A stretch of DNA of 64,000 bases from the IMG/VR virus record IMGVR_UViG_3300009092_000015, positions 547 through 64,546 of that record. The stretch is one strand, 5' to 3'. Position 1 is the first letter of the stretch. Each line of letters starts with the position of its first letter. This document shows positions 46,902 to 57,478 of this stretch, in pieces. Source of the DNA: a virus (lineage: Duplodnaviria > Caudoviricetes). Made by a program: the position numbers and the translations under genes. Below the pieces are notes generated by a model that was not told where the DNA came from, did not search any database, and saw nothing but the letters and a program-made list of their open reading frames with translations.

Positions 46902-47693
46902 ATGTCCAATCCCCTCCCGATCCTCCGCAATACGACTGGGACCCTGAACGCCCAGGCTCTGTATCCGTTCACCCGTGTGGCTTCATGTCTCACGTTTGTG
47001 GATCAGTTCGACAACGGATCGGAGCAACGCTGGGCCGGTCGGACTCCGCTGTTCAACTTCGCCTTATCCTTCAATTCCCTAAGTGCTACCGATAAGGCTA
47101 GCTGGTTGACGTTTCAGAATACAGTGCTGGGCCGATTGGCTACTAACCTGACTATCACGTTAGGGGCAACGACGTATTCGAACCTGACGATGATGTCGGA
47201 TGATCTGGTAGCTACTACGAGGCTACCACTGCTGTATGATCAGCAGATCAGCCTCAGGCAGGTTAGTAATTATCCATATACAGTCCCTACTGTAGGATCG
47301 ACCTTTCCACAGTTGGCATTTGGCACTGGTGGCGGGATCGCAGTAGCCGAGCTTCCGTTCAGCCAAGCCAATTCGGCATTCACGGATATCAATGAGTCGG
47401 TATACGGTCAACGGTTCGGTTTCGGGTGGTACAAAACCGGTAAGACTAACTTTCCAAATGTGCTGCTTAAGTCTTGGAAGATTAGCTACCCCCTCCTGAC
47501 TGATGCCGACGCAGCTACCTTGGAGAATTACTTCCTGGGCAAGCAGGGGCGGTATGCCACATTCACTTTCGTAGATCCAATCGACGGATCTAGTAATGCT
47601 AATGTTCGATTCGACATGGACGATTTAGCGTTCCGGTACATCACAAAGAATATGCAGTCTACTGAGGTTAGCCTCAAACAAATTTGGGTATAA
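46902..47693 (+). CDS. distal tail protein (two DUF2460-like halves)
   Basis: GSEQRWA...FNFALSF and LENYFLGKQGRYATFTFVDP. Confidence 0.65.
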   Translation: MSNPLPILRNTTGTLNAQALYPFTRVASCLTFVDQFDNGSEQRWAGRTPLFNFALSFNSLSATDKASWLTFQNTVLGRLATNLTITLGATTYSNLTMMSDDLVATTRLPLLYDQQISLRQVSNYPYTVPTVGSTFPQLAFGTGGGIAVAELPFSQANSAFTDINESVYGQRFGFGWYKTGKTNFPNVLLKSWKISYPLLTDADAATLENYFLGKQGRYATFTFVDPIDGSSNANVRFDMDDLAFRYITKNMQSTEVSLKQIWV

Positions 47694-47721
47694 GCTTCGG
47701 TAAGTGTTCAAGGCTTGAATA

Positions 47722-50700
47722 ATGCCTCTATCAGGATCGGTAGCCTCCAATAAGGATAACCCTCAGGGTTTCCAACCTTTGTTGCTTTGTGCGATTACAC
47801 TTCAGGGAACTAGCACACCCGTGCTCCTCGCTACCCATAACCTGGATGGGATCGATGGGCCTATGTTCCCTGGGATAGGGGCACTTCCAGCCGGAGCCTA
47901 CATAGGGAGGATTCAGCAGCAGAGTATCGATGCGTTACAGCACCGCAGCCAACTGGGAATTGATCGGGTATCCAAGGTAACACTGCTCCTGATGGATGCC
48001 GATCATTTCATTTACAACAACATCTGCAAGGTGTACGGCTTCCGTGGTGCATCTATGCAGATGGCATTGGTCCTCTGGGAAGCTGGGACTTCCAACTTCT
48101 CCAGCGATGCCCCACTGATGTTCACTGGCGTCTGCGACATGGAGCGGCCATCACGAGGGATGACGCTGATCGAGCTTAGCGCTAATACTTCGCACAATAC
48201 CGCTGTGGTTCGCCAGCCGTTCTTCATCCTGGAAAACAGATGTCCTCTGCATTTCCCAGCTAATGCCGCTGAACGTGCTCAGGCTGGCGACCCTGGTTCC
48301 AAGTTCTGTATGTATAATCCGGCTGGGACTGGGGCTGCGGTATTCGGACCGGTGGGTAACCTTGGGCCTGCGAATCATACCAACTCATACGGGCAGTTAG
48401 TCACCGATGGTTCTGGATACTATATCCTCTGTGAGTTTATCCGCTCCAATCCATCCGATCCTACTGTGGGATGTATGGCAAGGTTGGGGAATGCAGCTAC
48501 TACTTCAGTAGCTCCGGACGGTGACTTAGGTCATGATCAGGCAGGCCATTGGACAGGAGGATTCGCAGGTATCGAATGGAGCCCTGGAACCTACTATACC
48601 GATGCGAAGAACTTCGTATCGAATTCAAAGATCCCTACGTTTAGCTTTCTCAATGCGGCGATTCTCGGCCAGTACGCCAATCTGGTTTACGGTCAGCAGC
48701 TCATTAATGCCAAGGTAGCTACGATTGTCGAATCGGGGAATGATACTAAGATCGAGGCCGTAATCTACTCGGGTGAGCACGACCTCGGCTATGTCCCGTT
48801 TCCGGTAGTCAATGGTGTAGAGGTTAATCGTTTCGGTCATGGTGCAGTCGATAAGAGCCTTGGATGGGATTGGGCCAATGATGGTTCCAATACATCGACT
48901 GGAGGCCGTCGCGGAACGATGCTTCGATTCGATGGCTGGAACGACCGGCAATCTGGATTCAGTGCCCTTGGTGATCCATTCGGTTCTCTCTGCCGGATGG
49001 GTATCGTAGTCTACAAGGATCTGTTTACAGGATTTGGGACACCTACTGTTCAGGTTCGGACTATCGGGCCTAAGGTAGCGGTATTTGCCAATCAGACGGC
49101 ATACAGTCTAATTGGAGCCCCTGCTAATTCCAACCCAGCCTGGGTCCTACTGGATATCCTGAACCTGTCCAATTGGCAGTATCAGGAAGTCAATATGCAA
49201 ACCTTTATTGACTCCGCTGCCATATGTGATCTGCCGGTTTCGTATATCACTTCGACTGGTGGGAGTTCTACCCATTCGCAGTATAAATGCCAGTTCAGCT
49301 TAGAGTCCAGAAAGACGGCGGCTGAAGTCCTAGCCGGTGTCCTTAGGTGCTGCAATGGCTACCTGTACTGGAATCAGGCTGGGCAGTTGTGCATGGGTAT
49401 TAACCAGACATTGGCTGATCAGCAATCTTCCCCAGTAGCTGGGAGTAACTATAACACTGCGGTCTCGTCCATCCATGCCGATGGCTCCGGTGGGACTGGA
49501 TATGCCGCGTATCTGTTCGATGAGACGACGATAAACCTCAAGACCGTGGAGTTCGAACAGAACGCTACGGTGATGACGCCTAATCGGATTAACATTAACT
49601 TCCAGGACGAGGATAATAGCTTCGTGGTTGATAGCTTAAACGAAGTAGATCCCTATTCAGTGGCTCGGGCCGGTGGTGCATTGAACCCCGGTGGCGCAGT
49701 CATCGATGAGACGTTGAACGTCATGGGGATTAGTAACTTTGATCAGGCTATTAGGGTGGCTAATGTTTACATCGCTGAACGGCAGTATGGGAATGAAGGT
49801 GGGGACGCCCGTGGAACCCGCATCATATCGTTCGATACGACTGTCCGCTGTGAGTCGTTGCGGGTGGGCCATTTGGTTCTATACTCCAGCCAAGCATATG
49901 GGATTGTCAGGCAGATGTTCAGAGTTCTGAAGATACAGCCATCGACTAACTTCCAGACGGCTAAGGTAACCATTCAATGGCATAACGATCTCTGGTATAC
50001 ATTCGCCTACGGGCAGAATCCTCAGGCCTTTTATTCGAATCCTGGGACTAGTAGGAATCCAGGCCCCCCTCGGACATGGCAACCAAACTATGAGACTCCC
50101 AATGTCCCGGCTGCTAATGTCTATCCGGACCTGACGGCTACGGAGGGTAACTTTGGATTGGCAGAGATCGATGGGCTGGATGCGAAGGGTAATCCACTTA
50201 TCCAGCTTCAGCTATCTGGGATGCTGCCGATCAATCAGATATCGGCTGGAGCTATTCAGCCTCCTAGGGTGCCGACTCAAGCTACGTTGGGATCTGGTGG
50301 TTCCATCCCTGCCGGGAAGATCATATACATCAAGCTTTGTTCCATTGATGCATTTGGCAACTACTCGACTGCCAGCCAGACGATAACGAGTCCACTAACC
50401 ACTGGGTCGAATACTATTACAATCAACAACATCGGCTGGCCTGCTGGGGCAGTCGATTATGACCTCTTCGCAGGGTATGACCATTTCAGTATTACTGAGC
50501 AGAATAGCGGTCCGGTGGCATCGTCTATTACGTTCGGATCAATGGCGAACATTAGGACCTATGGGCCTCCCGATGTAAATGCGGATTCCGTGTTCGCCCA
50601 GGCTAAGTTGGTTATCCATGGGGGCATCATTGGCAGTAACGTAGGTGCCGTGACGTCGAGTACGGTAACCATTGGTGGTCCTCCATCCGGGACCTTCTCC

Positions 50701-51606
50701 AATGTTATTACTGGGTACAAGCTACTCCTGATCGGCAGGCAGAGCCTGGGGGCTACTCTGCCGATAATAGAATTCAATATCCTTACGTATGGGTTAGTTA
50801 GTGGGAATCCAGTCTTGGTGGTTGATAGAGATCCCTCTGCTTTACTTCAGACGCAGGATATTGTAGTCATCGGAGCCCAGGCGAATATTGCATCCGATAC
50901 CACAATTGGGGATGTAAACTTCGTATCGGCTTATGCCCCGTTCGGTGTATCTCCCGATGGGACTGCTCAGCCGGACGTCGGGCAGGTAGTGAGGATCATT
51001 TATGGCACTGGAAGGTTCCAATCTAGAACTATTGCCTCGGTTTCAGCCAGCACTGGTGGGACTAACTTCGACACGTACCATTTGGAGAAGCCTTGGGATG
51101 TGGTCCCTGATTCTACTTCGATGTTTATAGTCGAAGAGGCTTCCTGGCCTGCGACCTCGTCTGCTTCCCAGTTCAATGCTGCGAACCTGAGCACTTCGGT
51201 TGTAACCAAGGTCCAGGTTACCAACTACGCACGGGAAACAGTTCTGATTCAAGCCTTGATCGAGGATTCAGGCTCCGTCATATCGGTGGAGCGGCGAGCA
51301 CCGTTCCGAATGATCTACCTCACTGGGTCCCAGGGGACTCGGACTATCACCTTTGCGGATAGTCCATACTCGGTGCTAGTGACAGATGGCCTGATCCTCT
51401 GTGATACATCAGGTGGGGCAGTCACGGTCCAGTTACCCTCCTATCTGTTCCTCCAAAACGTCCTACTGACTATTCAGAAGGTTACCTCGGATGCCAATGC
51501 AGTGATTATCCTACCGGCCACAGGTGAAGCCTTTGAAGATGGGAGTACTACGATGTCCTTGTTGGCTGAAGGCGAATCAACTACAATTAAAGTCCACGGA
51601 GTCTAA
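47722..51606 (+). CDS. tail tip/hub protein (gpJ-like)
   Basis: 1294 aa; SNPAWVLLDIL, SF..SA..CD, NRINI.FQDED, ISFDT..RCESLRVGHLV. Confidence 0.8.
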   Translation: MPLSGSVASNKDNPQGFQPLLLCAITLQGTSTPVLLATHNLDGIDGPMFPGIGALPAGAYIGRIQQQSIDALQHRSQLGIDRVSKVTLLLMDADHFIYNNICKVYGFRGASMQMALVLWEAGTSNFSSDAPLMFTGVCDMERPSRGMTLIELSANTSHNTAVVRQPFFILENRCPLHFPANAAERAQAGDPGSKFCMYNPAGTGAAVFGPVGNLGPANHTNSYGQLVTDGSGYYILCEFIRSNPSDPTVGCMARLGNAATTSVAPDGDLGHDQAGHWTGGFAGIEWSPGTYYTDAKNFVSNSKIPTFSFLNAAILGQYANLVYGQQLINAKVATIVESGNDTKIEAVIYSGEHDLGYVPFPVVNGVEVNRFGHGAVDKSLGWDWANDGSNTSTGGRRGTMLRFDGWNDRQSGFSALGDPFGSLCRMGIVVYKDLFTGFGTPTVQVRTIGPKVAVFANQTAYSLIGAPANSNPAWVLLDILNLSNWQYQEVNMQTFIDSAAICDLPVSYITSTGGSSTHSQYKCQFSLESRKTAAEVLAGVLRCCNGYLYWNQAGQLCMGINQTLADQQSSPVAGSNYNTAVSSIHADGSGGTGYAAYLFDETTINLKTVEFEQNATVMTPNRININFQDEDNSFVVDSLNEVDPYSVARAGGALNPGGAVIDETLNVMGISNFDQAIRVANVYIAERQYGNEGGDARGTRIISFDTTVRCESLRVGHLVLYSSQAYGIVRQMFRVLKIQPSTNFQTAKVTIQWHNDLWYTFAYGQNPQAFYSNPGTSRNPGPPRTWQPNYETPNVPAANVYPDLTATEGNFGLAEIDGLDAKGNPLIQLQLSGMLPINQISAGAIQPPRVPTQATLGSGGSIPAGKIIYIKLCSIDAFGNYSTASQTITSPLTTGSNTITINNIGWPAGAVDYDLFAGYDHFSITEQNSGPVASSITFGSMANIRTYGPPDVNADSVFAQAKLVIHGGIIGSNVGAVTSSTVTIGGPPSGTFSNVITGYKLLLIGRQSLGATLPIIEFNILTYGLVSGNPVLVVDRDPSALLQTQDIVVIGAQANIASDTTIGDVNFVSAYAPFGVSPDGTAQPDVGQVVRIIYGTGRFQSRTIASVSASTGGTNFDTYHLEKPWDVVPDSTSMFIVEEASWPATSSASQFNAANLSTSVVTKVQVTNYARETVLIQALIEDSGSVISVERRAPFRMIYLTGSQGTRTITFADSPYSVLVTDGLILCDTSGGAVTVQLPSYLFLQNVLLTIQKVTSDANAVIILPATGEAFEDGSTTMSLLAEGESTTIKVHGV

Positions 51607-52049
51607 TGCCCACTCCAGCTAGAAGGCTAATACGCATCGGATCTGGTGGAGGTGGTGGAGGTGGCGGTACTGGCATTACTGGGTATTACGTTATTACTCC
51701 GGTTGCCGGAGTCGCTACTATTGATCTGGGGATACTAGGGGCTGGGACTTACTGCTCCTCATTCCGCCTAGTCTTGAATGCTACTGCGGTTTCGATACCG
51801 GCTCCAATCTGGACTGGGGGAACGATAGCTGCTGGGTTGAAGTTTTGGTTATACCTCTACCAGGATGCTACTGGGGATCGAGCTATTCCAGCTTTTGATC
51901 ATGCTGCTGCCGGGGACTTCGGGGATGAGGTGGCCTCGCAACAGATCGACGGGACCCCATCGACAATGAGTGTGTATCAGCTTACCTACCATGGGACTCG
52001 GTGGCTACTCGATGTCCAATCGGTACCTTCCGGACTGGCGATAACCTAA
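51606..52049 (+). CDS. minor tail protein
   Basis: LYLYQDATGDR..P motif seen in tail accessory proteins; position. Confidence 0.55.
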   Translation: MPTPARRLIRIGSGGGGGGGGTGITGYYVITPVAGVATIDLGILGAGTYCSSFRLVLNATAVSIPAPIWTGGTIAAGLKFWLYLYQDATGDRAIPAFDHAAAGDFGDEVASQQIDGTPSTMSVYQLTYHGTRWLLDVQSVPSGLAIT

Positions 52050-52050
52050 T

Positions 52051-52551
52051 ATGAATCCAATCTTATATCCGAAGGGGATCTGGAGACCCCTGATAAACCA
52101 TAGCGCTAAGGGGACGCTGGAGCAGCGTAACTTGGCGGTTCTCCATATCACAGCGGGCCGCTCGGCAATATCCGCCATTTGGACATTCGCTGGATCTAAG
52201 GCTCCGAACCGTGTATCGGCTCATTTCGTCATCGACCAAGATGGGACGGTGTTCCAGCTAATGGACATCCGAGAGACAGCTTGGCATGCCAGTGCGGTGA
52301 ATGAGCGGTCTATTGGGATAGAACATGCCGCTATTCCAAGTACATTGATGGCATCTGAGGAGCAGTATAAAGCCTCAGCGGAGTTGGTAGCTTGGCTGTG
52401 CGCCAAGATGAAGATCCCGTGTGATAGGGCTCATGTAGTCGGCCATAATGAAGCATCCCCGAAAGATGGGCATACCTTATGCCCCGAAGGTGCATTGAGT
52501 ACGGATCGGGTAGTTTCCATGGCTAGTCAGATTCAAGGCTTGAAGGGATAA
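52051..52551 (+). CDS. N-acetylmuramoyl-L-alanine amidase (Amidase_2) endolysin
   Basis: VLHIT, VSAHFVI..DG, AWHA..N.RSIGIEH, VVGHNE...CP. Confidence 0.9.
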   Translation: MNPILYPKGIWRPLINHSAKGTLEQRNLAVLHITAGRSAISAIWTFAGSKAPNRVSAHFVIDQDGTVFQLMDIRETAWHASAVNERSIGIEHAAIPSTLMASEEQYKASAELVAWLCAKMKIPCDRAHVVGHNEASPKDGHTLCPEGALSTDRVVSMASQIQGLKG

Positions 52552-52552
52552 A

Positions 52553-55500
52553 ATGAGAAACCTTGTTTTTCTTATACTTACGGCTGTTGGGTGTTTCGGG
52601 CAATCGACCAATACGAATCTATTGACGATCATCCCCAAGACAGATTTGTCGGCAACGGGAGAAATCAGATGGCGGGATGAGCAGCCTGCGGGGTCGAACC
52701 ATTACATCGGATTCAAATCCCCCACGTCCGTTTCGGCCAACACAGTCTGGGAACTCCCATCGGCAGATGCTGTTGGGTGTATGCAGTCCGATGGTGCCCT
52801 GCATCTGACTATTACGGCCTGTGGGTCGGCATCGGTAATCAATGGCTTCTTCGTCACTAATAAGACTGCGGTGGCCCCTCCTGTTACTACCCAGGGCCTT
52901 CAAGTCTGGTATAACCCAGTAGACTTTACGACCCATTTCCTGAGCTATGACAATGCCAATGCCCCAAGTCCTATATTCCTGGGGTCGAGCGGGATCTTTT
53001 TGCAAGGGACTCCGAATATCAGTGCCGCTGGAACTACCGGCCCATTTGACTTAACTGGGGCTGCTACAGGAGATGGGAGTATACGTCTATACCCAGGGAA
53101 CGTTGCTGGGAGTTCCTCCTTGTTCTTCCAGGCAGCAAGGGGGGATCAGCCAGGGGCGCAACTTAAGAATGTTATATGTTCTGGGAGTACAAATGGGTGC
53201 ACCTCGGGGGTGACTACGGCGGATGCGCTGGATATCTTGGACTCCAGTGGTGCCGTAGTATTCAAAGTTATAGGTTCCGGAGATGCAGCGGCTCCTAATA
53301 CTGTAGGCACTTGGGATATAGCTCCGATTGGTACCACAGAAACTAAGAGTCTAGGAAACAGTACACACCGATGGTTAAAGCTTTGGGTCAAGGATTTTGA
53401 TATTACTGGCACTGGGAATGCCCCATGGGTCTTGAAGTCTGGGGATACCATGTCTGGTAACCTTCTAGCTAATGCCCCAGGTACCCTGAGTCTTGGCAGT
53501 AAGCCTACGCCTTGGGGGTCGGTGTATGCCATGGCAAACGCTTCTAGTCGGAAATTGGAGATATACGCCAATACAGCTACCGATCTGACGGGAGGATTTT
53601 TCAGCTTACAGGCCCCGTTCGATGACTTGGTAGCTAAGCAGCTAGCCTTCTATGATGATACCAACGTAGCTTTCCTGAAGCTTTGGAGATTAAACGGAGG
53701 CGTAGCGGATAAGCGGGCGGAATTCGAGGGTGATTGGAACCCCTCGGCTGATAATACTTACAGCCTAGGTTCATCCGGTGGTGCAGCCTCATGGAAAGAT
53801 CTGTACTGGAAGGGAATCCTAAAGCAGGGCTCTACCGTCCGTGTGGATGCTGGTGGCAACGCAGTGTTCCAGTCGGTGACGTGTACTGGGTCCCCATGTG
53901 GAGGGGCCGGTGTGATCAATGGATACTTTGTCCAGAATAACACCGCTGTGACTCCGACTCCTACAGCAACTGGCGTCCAGATGTCGTTCGACCCTGTGAC
54001 TACCAATATGGGTAGTATCAAGGTCTACGACGGGGCCAATACTCTGTCAGCTTTGGAGATTGCATCCTCGATTATAAAACTTACTGGGACTCCGATTATC
54101 AGTGCAGTAGGAGCGGCTTCCCCACCTCTTACACTGAATGGGGCTACGTCTGGGAATGGGAATATCCTGATCAATCCTGGGAATATATCCCCTAATGCCA
54201 GTCTGATTATCCAGACGGCCAGAGGTGATATCCCAGGTGCGATTATCAAGAACGTCATCTGCTCCGGTAGCTCGAATGGATGTACCTCAGGTGTAACTAC
54301 TGCCGATGCATTTGAGATCCAGGATGCGGGTGGCGCAGTCGTATTCAAGGTTATCGGATCGGCTGATGCAGGTGCCGCTAACACGGTTGGTACATACGAT
54401 ATAGCTCCGTTGGGGGCAACCGAGACGAGGAGCCTTGGTAACTCTACGCATCGGTGGCTGAAGATTTGGGTTAAGGATTTCGACATTACTGGAACTGGCA
54501 ATGCACCTTGGGTGCTCAAGACCGGAGATACGATGTCCGGGAACCTACTGGCGAATGCCCCTGGGACTCTGAGTCTCGGTAGCAAGCCAACTCCGTGGGG
54601 TTCTCTGTACGGAATGTCCAATGTGTCGAGTAAGAAACTTGAAGTATATGCCAATACTGCTACGGATCTAACTGGTGGATTCTTTAGCCTTCAGGCACCC
54701 TTTGATGATTTAGTAGCCAAGCAGTTGGCATTCTATGACGATACGAATACTCCATTCCTGAAGCTGTGGAGACTGAATGGTGGAGTATCTGACAAGCGTG
54801 CAGAGTTCGACGGAGACTGGAATCCCGCGATAACCAACACATACAACTTAGGGTCTAGTGGATTGGGTGCCAACTGGCATAACTTCTACTTCAATGGAAG
54901 CCTTATCCAGTCCGGTACGACAAGGCTGAATGCCAGTGGGGATGCGACTCTGCATTCCCTGACATGTACGGCCAGTCCGTGCGGCTCAGGGGATGTGAGT
55001 AATGGATTCTTCGTCCAGAATAACACCGTGGTATCCCCGATCCCGACTGCCCCTGGAATCCAAATGTCGTTTGATACCAGTGGGGCTACCAAGGGAGTCA
55101 TTAGGGCCTATAACTTCTCGAATGTCCAGACGGCAATAGAGATCGCCTCCAGTTCGATTAACTTAGTCGGAACCCCGATTATAAACGCCAGTGGATCGGC
55201 CAGCCCGCCACTTACCTTGAATGGTTCCAACAGTACGAACGGGAATATTATGCTGAATCCCGGAGCCGTTGGAGGTAACGCTTCAGTCGTAGTTCAGACG
55301 GCGATAAACAGCCAGCCGGGGCTGATCGTGTATAACCCAACTGGCAGTAGTATCGGAGTCAACGTTATGGAGGTGCGGCTTAACGCTTCCTCCACGGCTG
55401 TATGGAAGATTATCAACTCTACGGATAGTGGTTGCCCGAACTGCATGGTTAGCTACTCCCATAACCCACATGATACGAGTGGATCTGACTCGCTGGGGGA

Positions 55501-57457
55501 TTCGGCACATCGATGGATTATGTTCGCCAATACATTGAATGTTAATGGGGTTAGTACCTTCAATGGCAACCTGACGGCGGTTACTGGTGGGACTCTGGGT
55601 CTCGGCAGTGCGGCTACTCCATTCGGTTCCGTGTGGGCTCAGTCCAATGTGTCGAGCCTAAAGTATCAGATTTACGACTCCGGGGCATCTAACTTAACTG
55701 GATCTAGCTTCTGGGCAATAACTTCCCAGGATGGTCCGGTTAATAAGACGTTGCATTTTACGGATGATGCCGGTGCTGATGTCTTATCCCTGTGGCGGCT
55801 GAGCGGCGGATCGGCCTTGAACGAAGCTAGGTTCGATACCGATGTACTGCCATTGACGGACGCAGTAAGGGATTTGGGATCGGCTACTAAGCGATGGAGA
55901 AACCTTTGGGCCTCTGGTTCCCTGATCGTCGGCACCTTGGCATGTACTGGAACCCCATGTGGTGCGAGTTCGAATGTCACCAATGGATTTTTTGTCCAGA
56001 ACAACACCAATGTAGGGTCCTCTACGGCTGTAGGCTTCCAGGTATCGTTCAACACGGGAACCAATACTACGCTGCTGAAATCCTACGATGGGGCTAATAC
56101 GATATCCCCTATAGCGATTACCTCTTCGGTGATCCAGCTTGCTGGGACTCCGACTATTACAGCTACTGGGCAGGGGCCATTGCAGCTTAATGGATCTACG
56201 GCTGGTGGTTCTCCTAATGGCAATATCCTACTCACGCCTGGGGCAGTTGCTGGGAATGCCAGTGTCCGAGCGATTCAAGCCTTGAATTCCCAACCGGCAT
56301 TGAAGGTGATCGGTATAGGTGGGTCTACAGCATCTACGTTGTTCGAAGTCGATGATTCCAGTAACGTTGCTCGGTTCTGGGTCGAGGCTCCTGGGAACTC
56401 CACCACATCAACTACCTGTCCGAATTGTGTTCATACGGCTAGTATCTATCCGGCTCAGGACGTCATATACGACTTAGGTGTAGACTCCCTTAAGTTCCAT
56501 AACATGAAGGCCTATGCGGCTCAGGTCGGCCTGATTCCATCCGATATCCCCGCTGGTACTACGTTACAGGCTGTGCAGAATGGTATCAACATCTTCACCA
56601 TTGATTCCTTCTCTTCCGGTGGTGGATTACCTAGCTTCGTAGGTCGGAGTGCCAACGGAGCATTGGCAACTTGTGTATCTAGCCCTGGCTCCTGTAACAC
56701 TGGGTCCGGCCAAGTCCTATTCAGCCTTAGTGGCCGAGGTTGGGATAACGGATTTACTATCACAGGGTCGGCGGCTATCTCGTTCTTATCCAATCAGGCT
56801 TTTGGTGGTGGACAGGAAGGTGCCGATATCTTCTTCGAGACTACTGCTATTGGAGCTAGTGCGGCTGGTGGCAGACTTAAGAGGATTCAGATTACATCGA
56901 CTGGACTGAATCCCTTCTTGGATAATACGTACACCTTAGGAGATGGTTCCCACCGTTGGCAGAATGGTAACTTCGCGAATATCACTATCGGGGCCTGTTC
57001 GGGTGGTGGGTGTGGCATTAGTCCTAGTGCCAATATCACGTTCACCGGGTCGGATACATTCACGGTTACTACTCAGTTCCAGAATGGGTTGAATATCCAA
57101 GGTCCAGGAGCGTTGCTACTTATGGGTGGATCTCAGGTACTGGATCAATCCAGGAATGCTTCGTTTAATAACTTGAATCTCAGTGGTGGCGTGACAAGCA
57201 ATATCTTCCCTGTGACTGATGGGGCGGTATCGTTGGGGGATAGTACGCATAGGTACTTATCTATATTTGGTACGTTGGCATTCCATAGTTCTCTGATTAT
57301 GGCGGCAGGAGGTACTGTATCACTGTCTTCGACTACTACAGTCACCGCTCCGAATGGCAGTAATGGGCTCAATGGAACTACGACATGCCCTGCTGGTCAG
57401 CATGTAAATACGATAACCATCTCGGGTGGGTTGATTACCTCACTCGCGTGCAACTAA
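52553..57457 (+). CDS. large fibre-like protein with about 360-aa tandem modules and a signal-peptide-like N-terminus
   Basis: NGFFVxNxT recurs four times; repeated LG....RW..L(W/Y) motifs; MRNLVFLILTAVGCFG-Q. Confidence 0.7.
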   Translation: MRNLVFLILTAVGCFGQSTNTNLLTIIPKTDLSATGEIRWRDEQPAGSNHYIGFKSPTSVSANTVWELPSADAVGCMQSDGALHLTITACGSASVINGFFVTNKTAVAPPVTTQGLQVWYNPVDFTTHFLSYDNANAPSPIFLGSSGIFLQGTPNISAAGTTGPFDLTGAATGDGSIRLYPGNVAGSSSLFFQAARGDQPGAQLKNVICSGSTNGCTSGVTTADALDILDSSGAVVFKVIGSGDAAAPNTVGTWDIAPIGTTETKSLGNSTHRWLKLWVKDFDITGTGNAPWVLKSGDTMSGNLLANAPGTLSLGSKPTPWGSVYAMANASSRKLEIYANTATDLTGGFFSLQAPFDDLVAKQLAFYDDTNVAFLKLWRLNGGVADKRAEFEGDWNPSADNTYSLGSSGGAASWKDLYWKGILKQGSTVRVDAGGNAVFQSVTCTGSPCGGAGVINGYFVQNNTAVTPTPTATGVQMSFDPVTTNMGSIKVYDGANTLSALEIASSIIKLTGTPIISAVGAASPPLTLNGATSGNGNILINPGNISPNASLIIQTARGDIPGAIIKNVICSGSSNGCTSGVTTADAFEIQDAGGAVVFKVIGSADAGAANTVGTYDIAPLGATETRSLGNSTHRWLKIWVKDFDITGTGNAPWVLKTGDTMSGNLLANAPGTLSLGSKPTPWGSLYGMSNVSSKKLEVYANTATDLTGGFFSLQAPFDDLVAKQLAFYDDTNTPFLKLWRLNGGVSDKRAEFDGDWNPAITNTYNLGSSGLGANWHNFYFNGSLIQSGTTRLNASGDATLHSLTCTASPCGSGDVSNGFFVQNNTVVSPIPTAPGIQMSFDTSGATKGVIRAYNFSNVQTAIEIASSSINLVGTPIINASGSASPPLTLNGSNSTNGNIMLNPGAVGGNASVVVQTAINSQPGLIVYNPTGSSIGVNVMEVRLNASSTAVWKIINSTDSGCPNCMVSYSHNPHDTSGSDSLGDSAHRWIMFANTLNVNGVSTFNGNLTAVTGGTLGLGSAATPFGSVWAQSNVSSLKYQIYDSGASNLTGSSFWAITSQDGPVNKTLHFTDDAGADVLSLWRLSGGSALNEARFDTDVLPLTDAVRDLGSATKRWRNLWASGSLIVGTLACTGTPCGASSNVTNGFFVQNNTNVGSSTAVGFQVSFNTGTNTTLLKSYDGANTISPIAITSSVIQLAGTPTITATGQGPLQLNGSTAGGSPNGNILLTPGAVAGNASVRAIQALNSQPALKVIGIGGSTASTLFEVDDSSNVARFWVEAPGNSTTSTTCPNCVHTASIYPAQDVIYDLGVDSLKFHNMKAYAAQVGLIPSDIPAGTTLQAVQNGINIFTIDSFSSGGGLPSFVGRSANGALATCVSSPGSCNTGSGQVLFSLSGRGWDNGFTITGSAAISFLSNQAFGGGQEGADIFFETTAIGASAAGGRLKRIQITSTGLNPFLDNTYTLGDGSHRWQNGNFANITIGACSGGGCGISPSANITFTGSDTFTVTTQFQNGLNIQGPGALLLMGGSQVLDQSRNASFNNLNLSGGVTSNIFPVTDGAVSLGDSTHRYLSIFGTLAFHSSLIMAAGGTVSLSSTTTVTAPNGSNGLNGTTTCPAGQHVNTITISGGLITSLACN

Positions 57458-57478
57458 TATTATTGGAGAATAAGTTAA

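Noticed and set aside
53130-54870. Tail-fibre repeats as a DGR template/variable repeat pair
   Set aside because: Differences are at synonymous third positions of all bases, not adenine-specific; no reverse transcriptase in the window
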